64,000 nt of DNA. Origin: Escherichia coli (GTDB taxonomy: Bacteria; Pseudomonadota; Gammaproteobacteria; Enterobacterales; Enterobacteriaceae). Location: NCBI RefSeq assembly GCF_044647545.1, contig NZ_CP172818.1, one strand, 5' to 3'. The position numbers and the translations under genes were made by a program. Below the pieces are notes generated by a model, which was not told the DNA's origin, did no database searches, and saw only the letters and a list, made by a program, of their open reading frames with translations. Shown here one piece after another: positions 1 through 11,040 of the stretch; position 1 is the first letter of the stretch; each line of letters starts with the position of its first letter.

Positions 1-579
1 TCTTGCTTCTTCACATTGTACCCATAAGAAAGGGTAGAAAGTGAAGGCTTCCGTTGCCGATAATTTTATTACGTCTTCTTGCCATTGCGGCCAGCGTACA
101 TTTTCATAGAAGGTATCTAAATCACCGGATAATGCCCACTGAAGAAACTCAGAATATCCAACCTCCAGACTTTCCCAATTCAGCGTATCTGGCGCAAAAT
201 AATAAACGCAGCCAGTATCTTCCCCAAGATCGCCACCATTAAGAGCAAAAATTCCCCCTGCGACATCATCGGCGATGGGTAAAGCCCGCACGCTTGCGAA
301 TTCAGGGCGTTGTGTCCAACTTGCTGGATCTCGTGGTAACCGGGGGTGACCAGAGCCTGCTATGCGTAACCAACCGTTATCAATCAGCAGACCTCCGGAG
401 CCATAGACAAGCGCACCCATCGGTGATTTTGTTGTAACCTGTAATTGATAAAGTGCGGTTTCGGCTAAATCTTTATTAACCGGTAAGAGTTCGGCATGGT
501 TTGTGGCTTCTTTTAACCAATTCTGGATTATTGGCCAGGCTGAATCTTCAGTATTTACTAACTGACTCACTTCACGCAT
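1..579 (-). CDS. Hypothetical protein, possibly DUF2625 family (ybfG-like); partial, runs off the window start
   Basis: Reverse-strand ATG at 577-579 preceded by an AGGAG Shine-Dalgarno; open for 193 codons to position 1 (MREVSQLVNTEDSAWPIIQNWLKEA...). Family assignment is from memory only. Confidence 0.55.
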   Translation of the reverse strand, partial: MREVSQLVNTEDSAWPIIQNWLKEATNHAELLPVNKDLAETALYQLQVTTKSPMGALVYGSGGLLIDNGWLRIAGSGHPRLPRDPASWTQRPEFASVRALPIADDVAGGIFALNGGDLGEDTGCVYYFAPDTLNWESLEVGYSEFLQWALSGDLDTFYENVRWPQWQEDVIKLSATEAFTFYPFLWVQCEEAR

Positions 580-702
580 CGCTACTTGCTCCTTGTGTGC
601 TACGGTGTCATTTATGATGAGGCATTGTATGGGACATTTTTTAAATATTAAGTTCCTTATATTTGAATAAAAAATGACTTTATCCATACATTGCCACTTT
701 TT

Positions 703-845
703 TCAAAGCATAAACCGATACCCAATACCGGCTTCAGTAATGAAATGGCGGGGCGGACGAGATCCTGTTCCAGTTTTTGTCGCAAATGCCTCATATAATT
801 ACGCAAATAGTTGCTGTGTTCGACCGCGTTTGGACCCTACACCTG
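703..845 (-). pseudogene. Degenerate fragment of a kdpE-like response-regulator 3' end (winged-helix C-terminus)
   Basis: About 90% nucleotide identity to the kdpE 3' end at 5038-5180, same orientation; would encode ...LEQDLVRPRHFITEAGIGYRFML* but carries an in-frame TAG and a 1-bp indel. I recall a similar fragment annotated as ybfI in K-12, unverified. Confidence 0.6.
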
Positions 846-885
846 CCGGATGCGGCATAAATAACGAACTCTTTGTCAACAAACA

Positions 886-918
886 GAAAGGGCGATCATT
901 CAATCGCCCTTTTTTATT
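886..918. terminator. Hairpin flanked by A- and T-tracts just downstream of potE; possible bidirectional intrinsic terminator
   Basis: gggcgat-cattca-atcgccc at about 890-911, followed by ttttttat on the plus strand and preceded by an A-rich run. Confidence 0.45.
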
Positions 919-927
919 TCGCTTTTT

Positions 928-2247
928 TTAACCGTGTTTATTTTTCAGTTCAAAGCGTGGAGATACCAGACCATACAGTGTCCAACCAAGGAAGGTCACG
1001 ATGGAACCGTACAGCATGGCTTCTTCCCCGGATGAGTACAGCGCATAGAAACTGTACATCGCACCAACAAAGGCAACAAAGTTTGCTACTTTCGCTTTTG
1101 ATGGTGGCACATTGGCGACCTGCTGAATAATGACTAACGCCGCCATCGACAGAATATACGGGATGATATTGGTCACAACGGCCAGGTTAACCAGCACGTT
1201 GAACTGACTGTTCAGCGACGGGCTAATGGTCATCAGTGATAATCCGCTCTGGATGATGACAATGGTCAGCATTCCCTGTACTGGTGCATCGACTTTGCTC
1301 ACACGGGAGAAAATTTTCGGGAAGTACCCTTCATCGGCAGAAGATTTAAACACCTGGGCAATGGTGAACTGCCAGCCAAGCAGCGAACCGCAGCAGGACA
1401 TCACCATCAGCGCCATAATGACTTTACCCACTCCCGGCGTGAACATCTGTGCGAAGGCCAGGCCAAATGGTGCCGTTGAATTTGCCAGCTCCATATTTGG
1501 CACAATCCCGGCAATCACGTTGGTGGAGACGATATAAATCACCGCCGCACCTAACGTACCGCCAAGAACTGCAATCGGCACGTTACGTTCCGGGTTTTCA
1601 ACTACTTCGGCGTTGGCACAGGCAGACTCCAGACCGAGGAAAGCCCACAATGTCATGGCGATGGAGGAACCTACAGCGCTAAAGAACGGTACATGATGAG
1701 GGTTCCATGAGTTAGCGTACAGCGTCGGGCTAAACCAGAACCAGCCGATAATGCACAGACCGACGACCGGAATAATGACCCCCCACACAGTAATGCTACT
1801 GATTTGCCCGGTAATGCGCGCACCACCAAAGTTAGCCACGGTACAAATCCACAGCACTCCGATGGTCGCAAGACCAATCTGCACTGGCGACAAACTCGCG
1901 CCGAGCAGTTCGGTGCCGTAACCAACCGCCGAAATAGCAATCGCGACGTTAGCAATCAGCAGCGAGACACCGTAGGTGTAGTTCGCCATAAAGTTCCCTG
2001 ATTTACCGAAAGCATACTCCGCATAACCGCCCATACCGCCTGATTTACGGCTGAACATGCCGCATTTTGCGAATGCCCATGCCAGCGCCATTGAGCCTAC
2101 GGCTGTCACCAGCCAGGAGATAATTGAGATTGTCCCAACTTCGGCAAGCTTTGTCGGCAGCATGATGATACCGGAGCCCATCATGTTGACCATCGTCAGT
2201 ATGGTTAACTGAACGACGCCCATCTTGTTCGATTTAGCCTGACTCAT
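928..2247 (-). CDS. potE: Putrescine-ornithine antiporter
   Basis: ORF-track protein matches PotE from MSQAKSNKMGVVQLT onward; 439 aa when started at the internal Met; 4-bp overlap with speF. Confidence 0.95.
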   Translation of the reverse strand: MSQAKSNKMGVVQLTILTMVNMMGSGIIMLPTKLAEVGTISIISWLVTAVGSMALAWAFAKCGMFSRKSGGMGGYAEYAFGKSGNFMANYTYGVSLLIANVAIAISAVGYGTELLGASLSPVQIGLATIGVLWICTVANFGGARITGQISSITVWGVIIPVVGLCIIGWFWFSPTLYANSWNPHHVPFFSAVGSSIAMTLWAFLGLESACANAEVVENPERNVPIAVLGGTLGAAVIYIVSTNVIAGIVPNMELANSTAPFGLAFAQMFTPGVGKVIMALMVMSCCGSLLGWQFTIAQVFKSSADEGYFPKIFSRVSKVDAPVQGMLTIVIIQSGLSLMTISPSLNSQFNVLVNLAVVTNIIPYILSMAALVIIQQVANVPPSKAKVANFVAFVGAMYSFYALYSSGEEAMLYGSIVTFLGWTLYGLVSPRFELKNKHG

Positions 2248-4442
2248 AATTTTTCCCCTTTCAGCAGGGTGCTTTGCGCACCACGAGGCTTGATGACATA
2301 GCACCAAACTTGCTTACGACCATCATGTTCTTCGATATAGACACCCTGAAGCTCCGGTGCAAAACCTGGCAGCAGGTTGATCCCTTCTTCCAGAGCGCTG
2401 AAGTAACGCAGAACAGCACCACCCCAGATTTCACCCGGAACAACACACAGCACTCCCGGAGGATAAGGAAGCGCACCTTCTGCAGCGATACGGCCTTCTG
2501 CATCCGGCAGACGAACCAGCTCCACTTCACCGCGTAAATAGGCGTAGTTGGCTTCTTGTGGATTCATGCTGACACGTGGGAAGTGTTCCTTACGAAACAT
2601 CTCTTTTTGCAGTTGTTTCACGTTGTGACGGGCATACAAATCATGCATTTCCTGACACAACTGACGCAGGGTATAACCGGTGTAGCGCTCTTCATGCTGT
2701 TTGTAGATGGAAGGCAGTACTTCTGATAATGGCGCGTCGGACTCAAGCAGTTTTTCGAAGCGTACCAGCAGAGCAGCAAGTTGCTGAAGTTTGGCCATAT
2801 CTTCTGCCGGAGTCAGCAGAAAGAGGATGGAGTTAAGATCGCATTTTTCCGGCACTACGCCATTTTCGCGCAGGAAGTTAGCAAGAATCGTCGCGGGTAC
2901 ACCGAACGCTTCATATTCGCCGTTACGTGCATCAATACCTGGGGTTGTCAGCAACAGTTTGCACGGATCGACAAAGTATTGATTCTCTGCATAGCCTTCA
3001 AAAGAATGCCAGTGCTCACCTGGTACAAACTGGAAGAAGCGCAGATCAACCGCAATTTGCGCTGTTTCATACGACTGCCAGGGTTTACCATCCACCAGTT
3101 CAGGTACGAATGGACGAATATGCTGACAGTTATCGAGGATCAGTTTGCGGGCATTAATGCCATTTACCACACAATCCATCCACATATTACGACCGCTGAC
3201 ACCTTCATGCATTTTGGCGTTGATATCCAGTGCGGCAAACAGCGGATAGAACGGGCTGGTGGAGGCATGCATCATAAAGGCGTTGTTCATGCGTTTGTGC
3301 GGTACATAACGCTGTTGCCCTTTGATATGGCTGTCTTTTTTATGGATTTGTGAAGTCTGGGAAAAACCAGCCTGCTGTTTATGCACAGATTGCGTAACCA
3401 GAATACCCGGATCGTTCTCATTTAGATCCAGTAACAGCGGTGAACAGTCCGCCATCATCGGGATAAACTGCTCATAGCCGACCCATGCGGAGTCAAAGAG
3501 GATGTAGTCACACAGATGACCCATTTTATCCACCACCTGACGGGCGTTATAAATCGTACCGTCGTAAGTGCCTAGCTGAATAACGGCGAGGCGGAAAGGA
3601 CGCGCCTCTTTTGCCCGCTGCGGTGCGACTTCTGTAATCAGTTCGCGCAGGTAATTTTCTTCGAAGCAGTGGGCATCAATACCACCGATAAAGCCATACG
3701 GGTTGCGTGCGGTTTCCAGATAAACTGGTGTTGCGCCAGCCTGTAGCAACGCTCCGTGGTGATTAGATTTATGGTTATTACGGTCAAACAGCACCAGATC
3801 CCCCGGTGTTAACAGGGCGTTTAAAACCACTTTGTTAGAAGATGAAGTGCCATTTAGAACGAAGTATGTTTTATCGGCATTAAACACTTTTGCCGCATGT
3901 TGCTGTGCAATGCATGGCGCGCCTTCGTGAATCAGCAGATCGCCCATTGCCACATCCGCGTTGCACAAGTCAGCACGGAACAGCGCCTCACCAAAGTATT
4001 CCACAAACTGATTCCCCGCCGGATGGCGACGGAAAAATTCGCCGCCCTGATGACCGGGGCAATCAAACGCGCTGTTACCCTGATTGACATAATCGACCAG
4101 TGCGCGGAAGAAGGGCGGGCGCAGTTGAGTTTCATAATGGCTGGCTGCGGTTTCTAACTGACGACCATAAAATTCTCGTCGCGATTCGCAATTCTCAAAG
4201 ACACCCGAAATACGGGGCAAATACTCTGCGGGTACACGTTCTTGATTTTCAGTAGCAATAAATACCGGGATGCCATAACCCGTGGCATCGATTTCATCGA
4301 GTTTTCCGCGTGTAACATCGTTGAGCGATAAAACTATTGCCGCCACATCGATATTACTGTTTTCATTAATATAGATACATTCTCGCTGCGTGGTAAAACA
4401 GTCCGGGCAAGAATCACTAACCGCAATTTTTAATTTTGACAT
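2244..4442 (-). CDS. speF: Inducible ornithine decarboxylase
   Basis: ORF-track protein matches SpeF from MSKLKIAVSDSCPDC onward; 732 aa when started at the internal Met. Confidence 0.95.
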   Translation of the reverse strand: MSKLKIAVSDSCPDCFTTQRECIYINENSNIDVAAIVLSLNDVTRGKLDEIDATGYGIPVFIATENQERVPAEYLPRISGVFENCESRREFYGRQLETAASHYETQLRPPFFRALVDYVNQGNSAFDCPGHQGGEFFRRHPAGNQFVEYFGEALFRADLCNADVAMGDLLIHEGAPCIAQQHAAKVFNADKTYFVLNGTSSSNKVVLNALLTPGDLVLFDRNNHKSNHHGALLQAGATPVYLETARNPYGFIGGIDAHCFEENYLRELITEVAPQRAKEARPFRLAVIQLGTYDGTIYNARQVVDKMGHLCDYILFDSAWVGYEQFIPMMADCSPLLLDLNENDPGILVTQSVHKQQAGFSQTSQIHKKDSHIKGQQRYVPHKRMNNAFMMHASTSPFYPLFAALDINAKMHEGVSGRNMWMDCVVNGINARKLILDNCQHIRPFVPELVDGKPWQSYETAQIAVDLRFFQFVPGEHWHSFEGYAENQYFVDPCKLLLTTPGIDARNGEYEAFGVPATILANFLRENGVVPEKCDLNSILFLLTPAEDMAKLQQLAALLVRFEKLLESDAPLSEVLPSIYKQHEERYTGYTLRQLCQEMHDLYARHNVKQLQKEMFRKEHFPRVSMNPQEANYAYLRGEVELVRLPDAEGRIAAEGALPYPPGVLCVVPGEIWGGAVLRYFSALEEGINLLPGFAPELQGVYIEEHDGRKQVWCYVIKPRGAQSTLLKGEKL

Positions 4443-4699
4443 TTTCCAACTCTTTATTTTTGGTAATAGCAGGTCCTCAATTTCTCGAATGAGAAATCGA
4501 TCGTGCCGGAAAAAAAGCAAAGTTACCCCGCTGATAAATTAATCAGAAGTTTGCTTTTTTCAGAATGCAGAAACCCTTATCAGTCCGGTGGCTGATAATA
4601 CAAGGGTTAACAGAGAATGAGCACTGCGGAATACAGGCATATGCCTGTAATACAGAGAGTCAGGAAGACCTGTACGCTGAAGTGCCCTTAGTCGGTAGA

Positions 4700-4804
4700 C
4701 TAACGGGCATTGAAGAAGTGAAAGTCGAAGCTATTGCGATGAGCAAACTTCATAATATGAGTTGTCCGCCTTATATGGGGCATAGTGCGGCTGTTATTTT
4801 CCAT
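4700..4804 (-). CDS. speFL: speF leader/arrest peptide, 34 aa (ornithine-sensing)
   Basis: Direct translation of the reverse strand gives MENNSRTMPHIRRTTHIMKFAHRNSFDFHFFNAR*; not in the ORF track because it is under 60 aa. Confidence 0.8.
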   Translation of the reverse strand: MENNSRTMPHIRRTTHIMKFAHRNSFDFHFFNAR

Positions 4805-4970
4805 TTAATTTACCTTTCCTGATGTGAATGAAGGTGAAGGTATTCTATCCAGGAAATACGGTTGAACTGTGAAGGTGATCAATAAAAAATGATCAATCTT
4901 AATTTATTTAATGATGAGCTTTTTACTCAGTAATATAAAATATTGAATTGTTATTTTTGTGTGTTGTTTA

Positions 4971-5002
4971 AGATAAAAAGCCGTATTTATTATTACGGCT
5001 TT
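4971..5002 (-). terminator. Intrinsic terminator downstream of kdpE
   Basis: Hairpin agccgta...tacggct followed by a T-tract on the reverse strand. Confidence 0.5.
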
Positions 5003-5037
5003 AATTAATAAAAGGCAGGATGTATTAAAATTAATAT

Positions 5038-5715
5038 TCAAAGCATAAACCGATACCCAATACCGGTTTCAGTAATGAAATGGCGGGGGCGAGCGGGATC
5101 CTGTTCCAGTTTTTGTCGCAGATGTCCCATATAAATACGCAAATAATGGCTGTGTTCGACCGCGTTTGGCCCCCACACCTGGTTAAGGAGCTGGCGCTGG
5201 GTGAGCACTTTTCCGGCATTGTTGAGCAGCACCGCCAGCAGGCGAAACTCAATCGGGGTGAGATGCACCTCTTCCTCACCGCGATGGATCACGCGGGCGG
5301 CTAAATCGACGGTCACATCGGAAAATTTCACCAGCGGATCGGGCGCGGTGGTGGCGGAGTGGCGGCGTAAAGCGACGCGCAGACGGGCCTGCAATTCGCC
5401 AATACCAAATGGCTTACTCAGGTAATCATCCGCTCCGGCATCCAGCGCGGCGATTTTGTCGCTCTCTTCGCTACGTGCGGAAAGCACAATTACGGGCACC
5501 GCGCTCCACTGGCGCAGGTCGCGGATAAACTCAATCCCATCGCCATCGGGCAGGCCGAGATCGAGAATAATCAAATCTGGTTTACGGGTTGCCGCTTCCA
5601 GCAAGCCCCGTTGTAGCGTTTCGGCTTCAAAGACGCGCATACCGTCGCCCTCCAGCGCTGTGCGCAGAAAGCGACGAATAGCTTGTTCATCTTCAACAAT
5701 CAGAACGTTTGTCAC
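5038..5715 (-). CDS. kdpE: Two-component response regulator KdpE
   Basis: 225-aa ORF with receiver and winged-helix domains, immediately downstream of and overlapping kdpD. Confidence 0.95.
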   Translation of the reverse strand: MTNVLIVEDEQAIRRFLRTALEGDGMRVFEAETLQRGLLEAATRKPDLIILDLGLPDGDGIEFIRDLRQWSAVPVIVLSARSEESDKIAALDAGADDYLSKPFGIGELQARLRVALRRHSATTAPDPLVKFSDVTVDLAARVIHRGEEEVHLTPIEFRLLAVLLNNAGKVLTQRQLLNQVWGPNAVEHSHYLRIYMGHLRQKLEQDPARPRHFITETGIGYRFML

Positions 5716-8396
5716 ATATCCTCATGAAATTCTTCAAGTTCAGGAGCGGTTTGCTGGGGAAGTGTAACACGAAAACAGGCACCGCCTTCCGGTCGGTTGA
5801 ACGCGGTAATGGTGCCGCCGTGTACATCCACAATCGCCCGACAAATTGCCAGCCCAAGCCCGACGCCCGGCACTGCCGACTCTTTATTCCCGCGGGCAAA
5901 CTTATCGAATATCGTCTGCTCCTGGCCTGGCGGAAGACCGGGGCCGTTATCCCAGACATCCAGTTGTAGATTTTCGCCCTCAACGTGGGCATCGATACCA
6001 ATTTCGGCCTGCGCACCCGCGTATTTCACCGCGTTTTCCAGCAGATTAATCAGCACCCGTTCAAAGAGTGGCCCATCAACGTGGATTAAGGTCAGCGGTT
6101 CTGGCAAAGACAGGTTGATGGGCGATGATAATCCCGGTTCCAGCATTTGCAGCGCGCTGCCGACCACTTCTTCCAGCGTTAACCACTCTTTCTTCAAATT
6201 AAAGCCGCCGGACTGAATTCGCGCCATATCCAGTAGATTATTCACCAGTCGGGTCGTGTTCAGCACATGCTGGCGAATCTCGCTGGCCTGGCGGGCGTGG
6301 GGCGATCCTTCGCTTGCCAGATCGAGCGTTAAGATTTCGGCCTGACCGAACAGCACCGTAAGCGGCGTGCGTAAATCATGCGAAAGTGCCGCCAGCAGGG
6401 CGTTGCGGATCTGTTCACGTTCGCTTGCCATCCGCGCCTGTTCTTCGCTGGCGGTCAGTGTCAGCCGCTCAAGCGCATTGGCGACTAACAGCGTAAACGT
6501 CTCCAGCAGGCGTTGCTGTTCCGGGATCATCAACTGGCGCAGATTCCCCGGTTCCACCACCACCAGCCCGTAGGTTTTCTCGCCGCTTTTTAGCGGCAAA
6601 ATCTGGTACGGTACACCGGGTAACGTGTCGGTGCCCGCGCCCGCAGGCAGGCCTTTATCAAAACTCCACTGCGCGATGGCATCGTCCCACGGCGTCATTC
6701 CTTGCGGATGTGTTAACGGCTGCAATTTACCGTTGTCATCAGGCAGCAACACCTGGCTACGGGCATGAAACGTGGAGGCAATAAACTGTTCGCTGGTGGC
6801 GGCGATATCCTGCGAACTACGGCCCACAGCCAGAGCTTTGGACATTTCATATAAGTGCCGTGTGCGTTGTTCGCGGTAACGGGCTACCCGCGCCTGATAA
6901 CGCACGCCAGCAGTAAGGTTCCCGATCACCAGCCCGACGGTTAACATCACCGCGAAGGTCAGCAGATATTGCACATCAGAGACGGCGAGCGTGCCGCGTG
7001 GGGCGATAAAAAAGAGATCGAAACTCACCACATTAATGACGGTGGCAACCACCGAAGGCCAGCGTCCGTAAAATAGTGCCACCACCACGACGCCAAGCAG
7101 ATACAGCATCACCAGGTTGGCGGCATCAAACGCCATCAGCCACTGCATGGCAATTAAGGTGATAACGGCGCATAACGCGGCGGCAACCACGCATCCCTGA
7201 ATCTGTACCCGCCACTTGTCTTTAAAAGAGCGGCTATCCGGCGCGTTGTTAATCGTGCGGGCGGGTGGTTCATCAAGCGCGACCAGCACCTGATCGAGAT
7301 CGGGGGCGATTCGCGCCAGTCGGTCAGCAAACGTTTCCCGACGCCACCAGCGGCGCGAGGCCGGGCGACCGAGAATAATCTTGCCGAGATTATGTTCACG
7401 GGCATAACGCACTACCGCTTTCTCTTCCGCTGGATCAGAAAGTGTTGCCGTCTCCGCGCCCAGCTCCTGCGCCAGACGTAAGGCGCTGAGAATTGCCCGA
7501 CGTTTTTTCTCCGGTAAGCGATGCAGGGCAGGGGTTTCAACATACACCGCGTGCCAGACACTACCCAGGCGCGAGGCCAACCGCGCCGCCGCGCGGACCA
7601 GTTTCTCACTGCCGGTGTTATGCCCGATGCATAAAAGGATCGCGTCGCGTGTGTGCCAGACTTTCTCTTCGCCAGGATGCCCCCGCCAGGCGCGCATTTG
7701 CTCATCAACGCGATCGGCAGTACGGCGCAGTGCCAGTTCGCGCAGGGCGATCAGATTGCCTTTGCGGAAAAAATGTTCAATGGCGCGCTCCGCCTGCCCG
7801 GCAATATAGACTTTGCCTTCTTTCAGCCGCTGGCGCAGATCGTCCGGGGGCAAGTCCACCAGTACTACGTCGTCGGCGGCATCAAAAAAAGGATCGGGCA
7901 CGGTCTCCCGTACCTGAATTCCGGTGACGCCGCTGACCACATCATTCAGACTTTCCAGATGCTGAACGTTGACGGTAGTGAAAACATCAATGCCAGCTTC
8001 CAGCAGCTCTTCGATGTCCTGCCAGCGTTTAGGATGACGTGAACCTGGCGCATTACTGTGCGCCAGTTCGTCCATTAAGATCAGTGCCGGACGGCGGGCG
8101 AGGGCGGCATCGAGATCAAACTCGCTGATGTGCCGCCCACGGTACGCCTGGCGTTTTAACGGCAGAACAGCCAGACCTTTCAGCATGGCGGCGGTATCTT
8201 TCCGACCGTGGGTTTCTACCACGCCAACCACAATATCCAGCCCTTGCGCCCGCAGTCGCTGGGCTTCCGCCAGCATCGCCCAGGTCTTCCCGACGCCTGC
8301 GCAGGCACCGAAGAATACTTTCAGCTTCCCCCGATGCGGCGCGGCAGCTTGTTCCAGCAGACGATCGGGGTCGGGACGTAAGGGTTCGTTATTCAT
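5712..8396 (-). CDS. kdpD: Sensor histidine kinase KdpD
   Basis: 894 aa from [16 protein letters not shown]; the ORF track has 11 extra N-terminal codons. Confidence 0.95.
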   Translation of the reverse strand: MNNEPLRPDPDRLLEQAAAPHRGKLKVFFGACAGVGKTWAMLAEAQRLRAQGLDIVVGVVETHGRKDTAAMLKGLAVLPLKRQAYRGRHISEFDLDAALARRPALILMDELAHSNAPGSRHPKRWQDIEELLEAGIDVFTTVNVQHLESLNDVVSGVTGIQVRETVPDPFFDAADDVVLVDLPPDDLRQRLKEGKVYIAGQAERAIEHFFRKGNLIALRELALRRTADRVDEQMRAWRGHPGEEKVWHTRDAILLCIGHNTGSEKLVRAAARLASRLGSVWHAVYVETPALHRLPEKKRRAILSALRLAQELGAETATLSDPAEEKAVVRYAREHNLGKIILGRPASRRWWRRETFADRLARIAPDLDQVLVALDEPPARTINNAPDSRSFKDKWRVQIQGCVVAAALCAVITLIAMQWLMAFDAANLVMLYLLGVVVVALFYGRWPSVVATVINVVSFDLFFIAPRGTLAVSDVQYLLTFAVMLTVGLVIGNLTAGVRYQARVARYREQRTRHLYEMSKALAVGRSSQDIAATSEQFIASTFHARSQVLLPDDNGKLQPLTHPQGMTPWDDAIAQWSFDKGLPAGAGTDTLPGVPYQILPLKSGEKTYGLVVVEPGNLRQLMIPEQQRLLETFTLLVANALERLTLTASEEQARMASEREQIRNALLAALSHDLRTPLTVLFGQAEILTLDLASEGSPHARQASEIRQHVLNTTRLVNNLLDMARIQSGGFNLKKEWLTLEEVVGSALQMLEPGLSSPINLSLPEPLTLIHVDGPLFERVLINLLENAVKYAGAQAEIGIDAHVEGENLQLDVWDNGPGLPPGQEQTIFDKFARGNKESAVPGVGLGLAICRAIVDVHGGTITAFNRPEGGACFRVTLPQQTAPELEEFHEDM

Positions 8397-8961
8397 CAAG
8401 CTTATCCAGTGCCAGATTGAGTTCGACAATGTTGACGACCGGCTGGCCGATATAGTTCACCAGCGGTTGTTGGCTGTATTTTGCGATCAGTTGCGTGAGC
8501 TGTTCAACGCTGAGATTACGCGCTTTCGCCACGCGTGGGATCTGCCAGGCCGCCGCTTGCGGGGTGATGTTATTGTCCAGCCCGCTTGCCGACGCCGTCA
8601 CCAGTTCAACCGGAACGCTCGTGCTGGCGTCCGGGTTAGCGGCCCGTAATGCGGCAACGCGTGCGGCTATCTGTTTATCCAGCTCCGGGTTACTGACTGC
8701 CAGATTGCTCCCGCCAGAAGCCTGTGGATTATAGGGCATTTCTGCTGTTGCCGACGGGCGACCATGAAAATAGCCGTTGCCGGTAAAATTTTGCCCGATT
8801 AATGCCGAACCGCGCACCGTATCACCTTCACGAATCAATGAACCGTTGGCCTGCCAGGGAAACCACCATTGCCCCAGTGCGGTGGTCAGCAGCGGGTAAA
8901 CGCCGCCAGTAATCAATAACAGAAAGAGAAATGTCGATAATGCCGGACGTAATCCACTCAT
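8389..8961 (-). CDS. kdpC: K+-transporting ATPase subunit C
   Basis: 190 aa from [15 protein letters not shown]; overlaps the kdpD start. Confidence 0.9.
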   Translation of the reverse strand: MSGLRPALSTFLFLLLITGGVYPLLTTALGQWWFPWQANGSLIREGDTVRGSALIGQNFTGNGYFHGRPSATAEMPYNPQASGGSNLAVSNPELDKQIAARVAALRAANPDASTSVPVELVTASASGLDNNITPQAAAWQIPRVAKARNLSVEQLTQLIAKYSQQPLVNYIGQPVVNIVELNLALDKLDE

Positions 8962-8969
8962 GGTAAACC

Positions 8970-11018
8970 TCACACCAGACCGCAAACGGTTAGCAGTAAA
9001 TCAATGACTTTGATACCAATAAACGGCACCAGCAGCCCACCCAGACCGTAAATCCATAAGTTACGGCGCAACATGGCAGAAGCGGTAAGCGGTTTATAAC
9101 TCACGCCTTTTAACGCCAGGGGAATCAAAAAGACGATAATCAAGGCGTTGAAAATCACCGCACTGAGAATGGCGGAGTCGGGCGAATGCAGGCGCATGAT
9201 GTTCAGCGCATTTAACTGCGGATACGTTGCCGCGAACGCCGCCGGAATAATGGCGAAGTATTTCGCCACATCGTTGGCAATGCTGAAGGTGGTCAGCGAG
9301 CCACGGGTCATCAGCATCTGTTTGCCAATATGTACCACCTCGATCAACTTGGTCGGGTTAGAGTCGAGATCCACCATATTGCCCGCTTCTTTCGCCGCCT
9401 GAGTACCAGAGTTCATCGCCACCGCGACATCTGCCTGCGCCAGCGCCGGAGCATCATTGGTGCCGTCGCCGGTCATCGCCACCAAACGGCCTTCCGCCTG
9501 ATACTGACGAATCAATGCCAGCTTGGCCTCCGGTGTCGCTTCGGCGAGAAAATCATCGACACCCGCTTCCGCAGCTATCGCGGCGGCAGTCAGACGGTTA
9601 TCACCCGTAATCATCACCGTTTTAATGCCCATTTTGCGCAGTTGGGCGAAGCGCTCTTTAATACCGCCTTTGACGATATCTTTCAGCGCAATAACGCCCA
9701 GCACATGAGAACCTTCCACCACCACCAGCGGCGTAGCTCCCTGACGCGCAACCTGATCGACTTTTTGATCAACATCGGCAGGGAAGTGACCACCGTTAGC
9801 CTCAACATGGCGGCGAATGGCATCGACAGAACCTTTACGGATCATGCGGTTGTCGATGTTGATCCCGCTCATCCGGCTTTGCGCAGTAAACGGTACAAAG
9901 GTGGCGTGAAGCGACTGCACATCGCGCTCACGCAGGTTAAAACGCTGCTTGGCGAGGATCACAATACTGCGGCCTTCCGGCGTTTCATCAGCCAGCGAAG
10001 CCAGTTGTGCGGCGTCAGCCAGCGTTTTTTCATCCACGCCCTGCGCAGGGATAAACTCCGACGCCTGACGGTTACCAAGTGTGATGGTGCCGGTTTTATC
10101 CAGTAGCAGAACGTCAACGTCACCTGCCGCTTCAACTGCACGTCCGCTGGTGGCAATCACATTCGCGCCCAGCATCCGACTCATCCCGGCGACGCCAATC
10201 GCTGACAACAGGCCGCCAATAGTGGTTGGGATCAGACAGACCAGCAGCGCCACCAGTACCGTTACACTCACTGCATTACCGCCCCACGCGGAAAACGGCC
10301 ATAGCGTGGCGGTTGCCAGTAAAAAGACGATAGTCAGGGCAATCAGGAGAATGGTCAGGGCAATCTCGTTCGGCGTTTTGCGTCGCTGTGCGCCTTCCAC
10401 CATCGCGATCATCCTATCCAGAAATGTCTCGCCGGGGTTAACGCTGCACTCAATCACCAGCCAGTCAGAAAGAATACGCGTGCCGCCAGTGACGGAGGCA
10501 AAATCGCCGCCGGATTCACGGATCACCGGTGCCGATTCCCCGGTGATGGCGCTTTCATCGACCGATGCGCCGCCTTCAATGACTTCACCATCGCAGGGGA
10601 TAATATCGCCAGCTTCTACCAGCACGATATCGCCTTTACGCAGTTGATCGGCAGGAACTTTGTCCGCCGCAGCGCCATATTTCGGCTCACGAAGCTTGCG
10701 GGCAAAGGCAGTTTTTTTCACCCCTTTCAGACTGTTGGCCTGCGCTTTACTGCGGCCTTCTGCCAGCGCCTCGGCGAAATTAGCGAACAGTACGGTGACC
10801 CACAGCCAGCCGCTAATTGCCGCGCTAAACAGCGCATTGCCAGGCATCGCACCGCTTGCCATTGCGATGCAAATAAAGGTGGTTAACAGACTGCCGATCC
10901 AGACGATAAACATCACCGGATTGCGCCATTGCGCCTGCGGGTTTAATTTTTTCACCGCTTCTTTCAGCGCCTGAACGACAAGTGTTGGTTCGAATAGCGC
11001 CAGTTGTTTACGACTCAT
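8970..11018 (-). CDS. kdpB: K+-transporting P-type ATPase subunit B
   Basis: 682 aa with P-type ATPase motifs ([21 protein letters not shown]). Confidence 0.95.
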   Translation of the reverse strand: MSRKQLALFEPTLVVQALKEAVKKLNPQAQWRNPVMFIVWIGSLLTTFICIAMASGAMPGNALFSAAISGWLWVTVLFANFAEALAEGRSKAQANSLKGVKKTAFARKLREPKYGAAADKVPADQLRKGDIVLVEAGDIIPCDGEVIEGGASVDESAITGESAPVIRESGGDFASVTGGTRILSDWLVIECSVNPGETFLDRMIAMVEGAQRRKTPNEIALTILLIALTIVFLLATATLWPFSAWGGNAVSVTVLVALLVCLIPTTIGGLLSAIGVAGMSRMLGANVIATSGRAVEAAGDVDVLLLDKTGTITLGNRQASEFIPAQGVDEKTLADAAQLASLADETPEGRSIVILAKQRFNLRERDVQSLHATFVPFTAQSRMSGINIDNRMIRKGSVDAIRRHVEANGGHFPADVDQKVDQVARQGATPLVVVEGSHVLGVIALKDIVKGGIKERFAQLRKMGIKTVMITGDNRLTAAAIAAEAGVDDFLAEATPEAKLALIRQYQAEGRLVAMTGDGTNDAPALAQADVAVAMNSGTQAAKEAGNMVDLDSNPTKLIEVVHIGKQMLMTRGSLTTFSIANDVAKYFAIIPAAFAATYPQLNALNIMRLHSPDSAILSAVIFNALIIVFLIPLALKGVSYKPLTASAMLRRNLWIYGLGGLLVPFIGIKVIDLLLTVCGLV

Positions 11019-11040
11019 ATTCAGTGCTCACTCAATATCA

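Noticed and set aside
674-931. 85-aa plus-strand ORF downstream of potE
   Set aside because: It runs antisense through the degenerate kdpE-like fragment and the potE terminator hairpin; the kdpE-fragment homology explains the sequence better.
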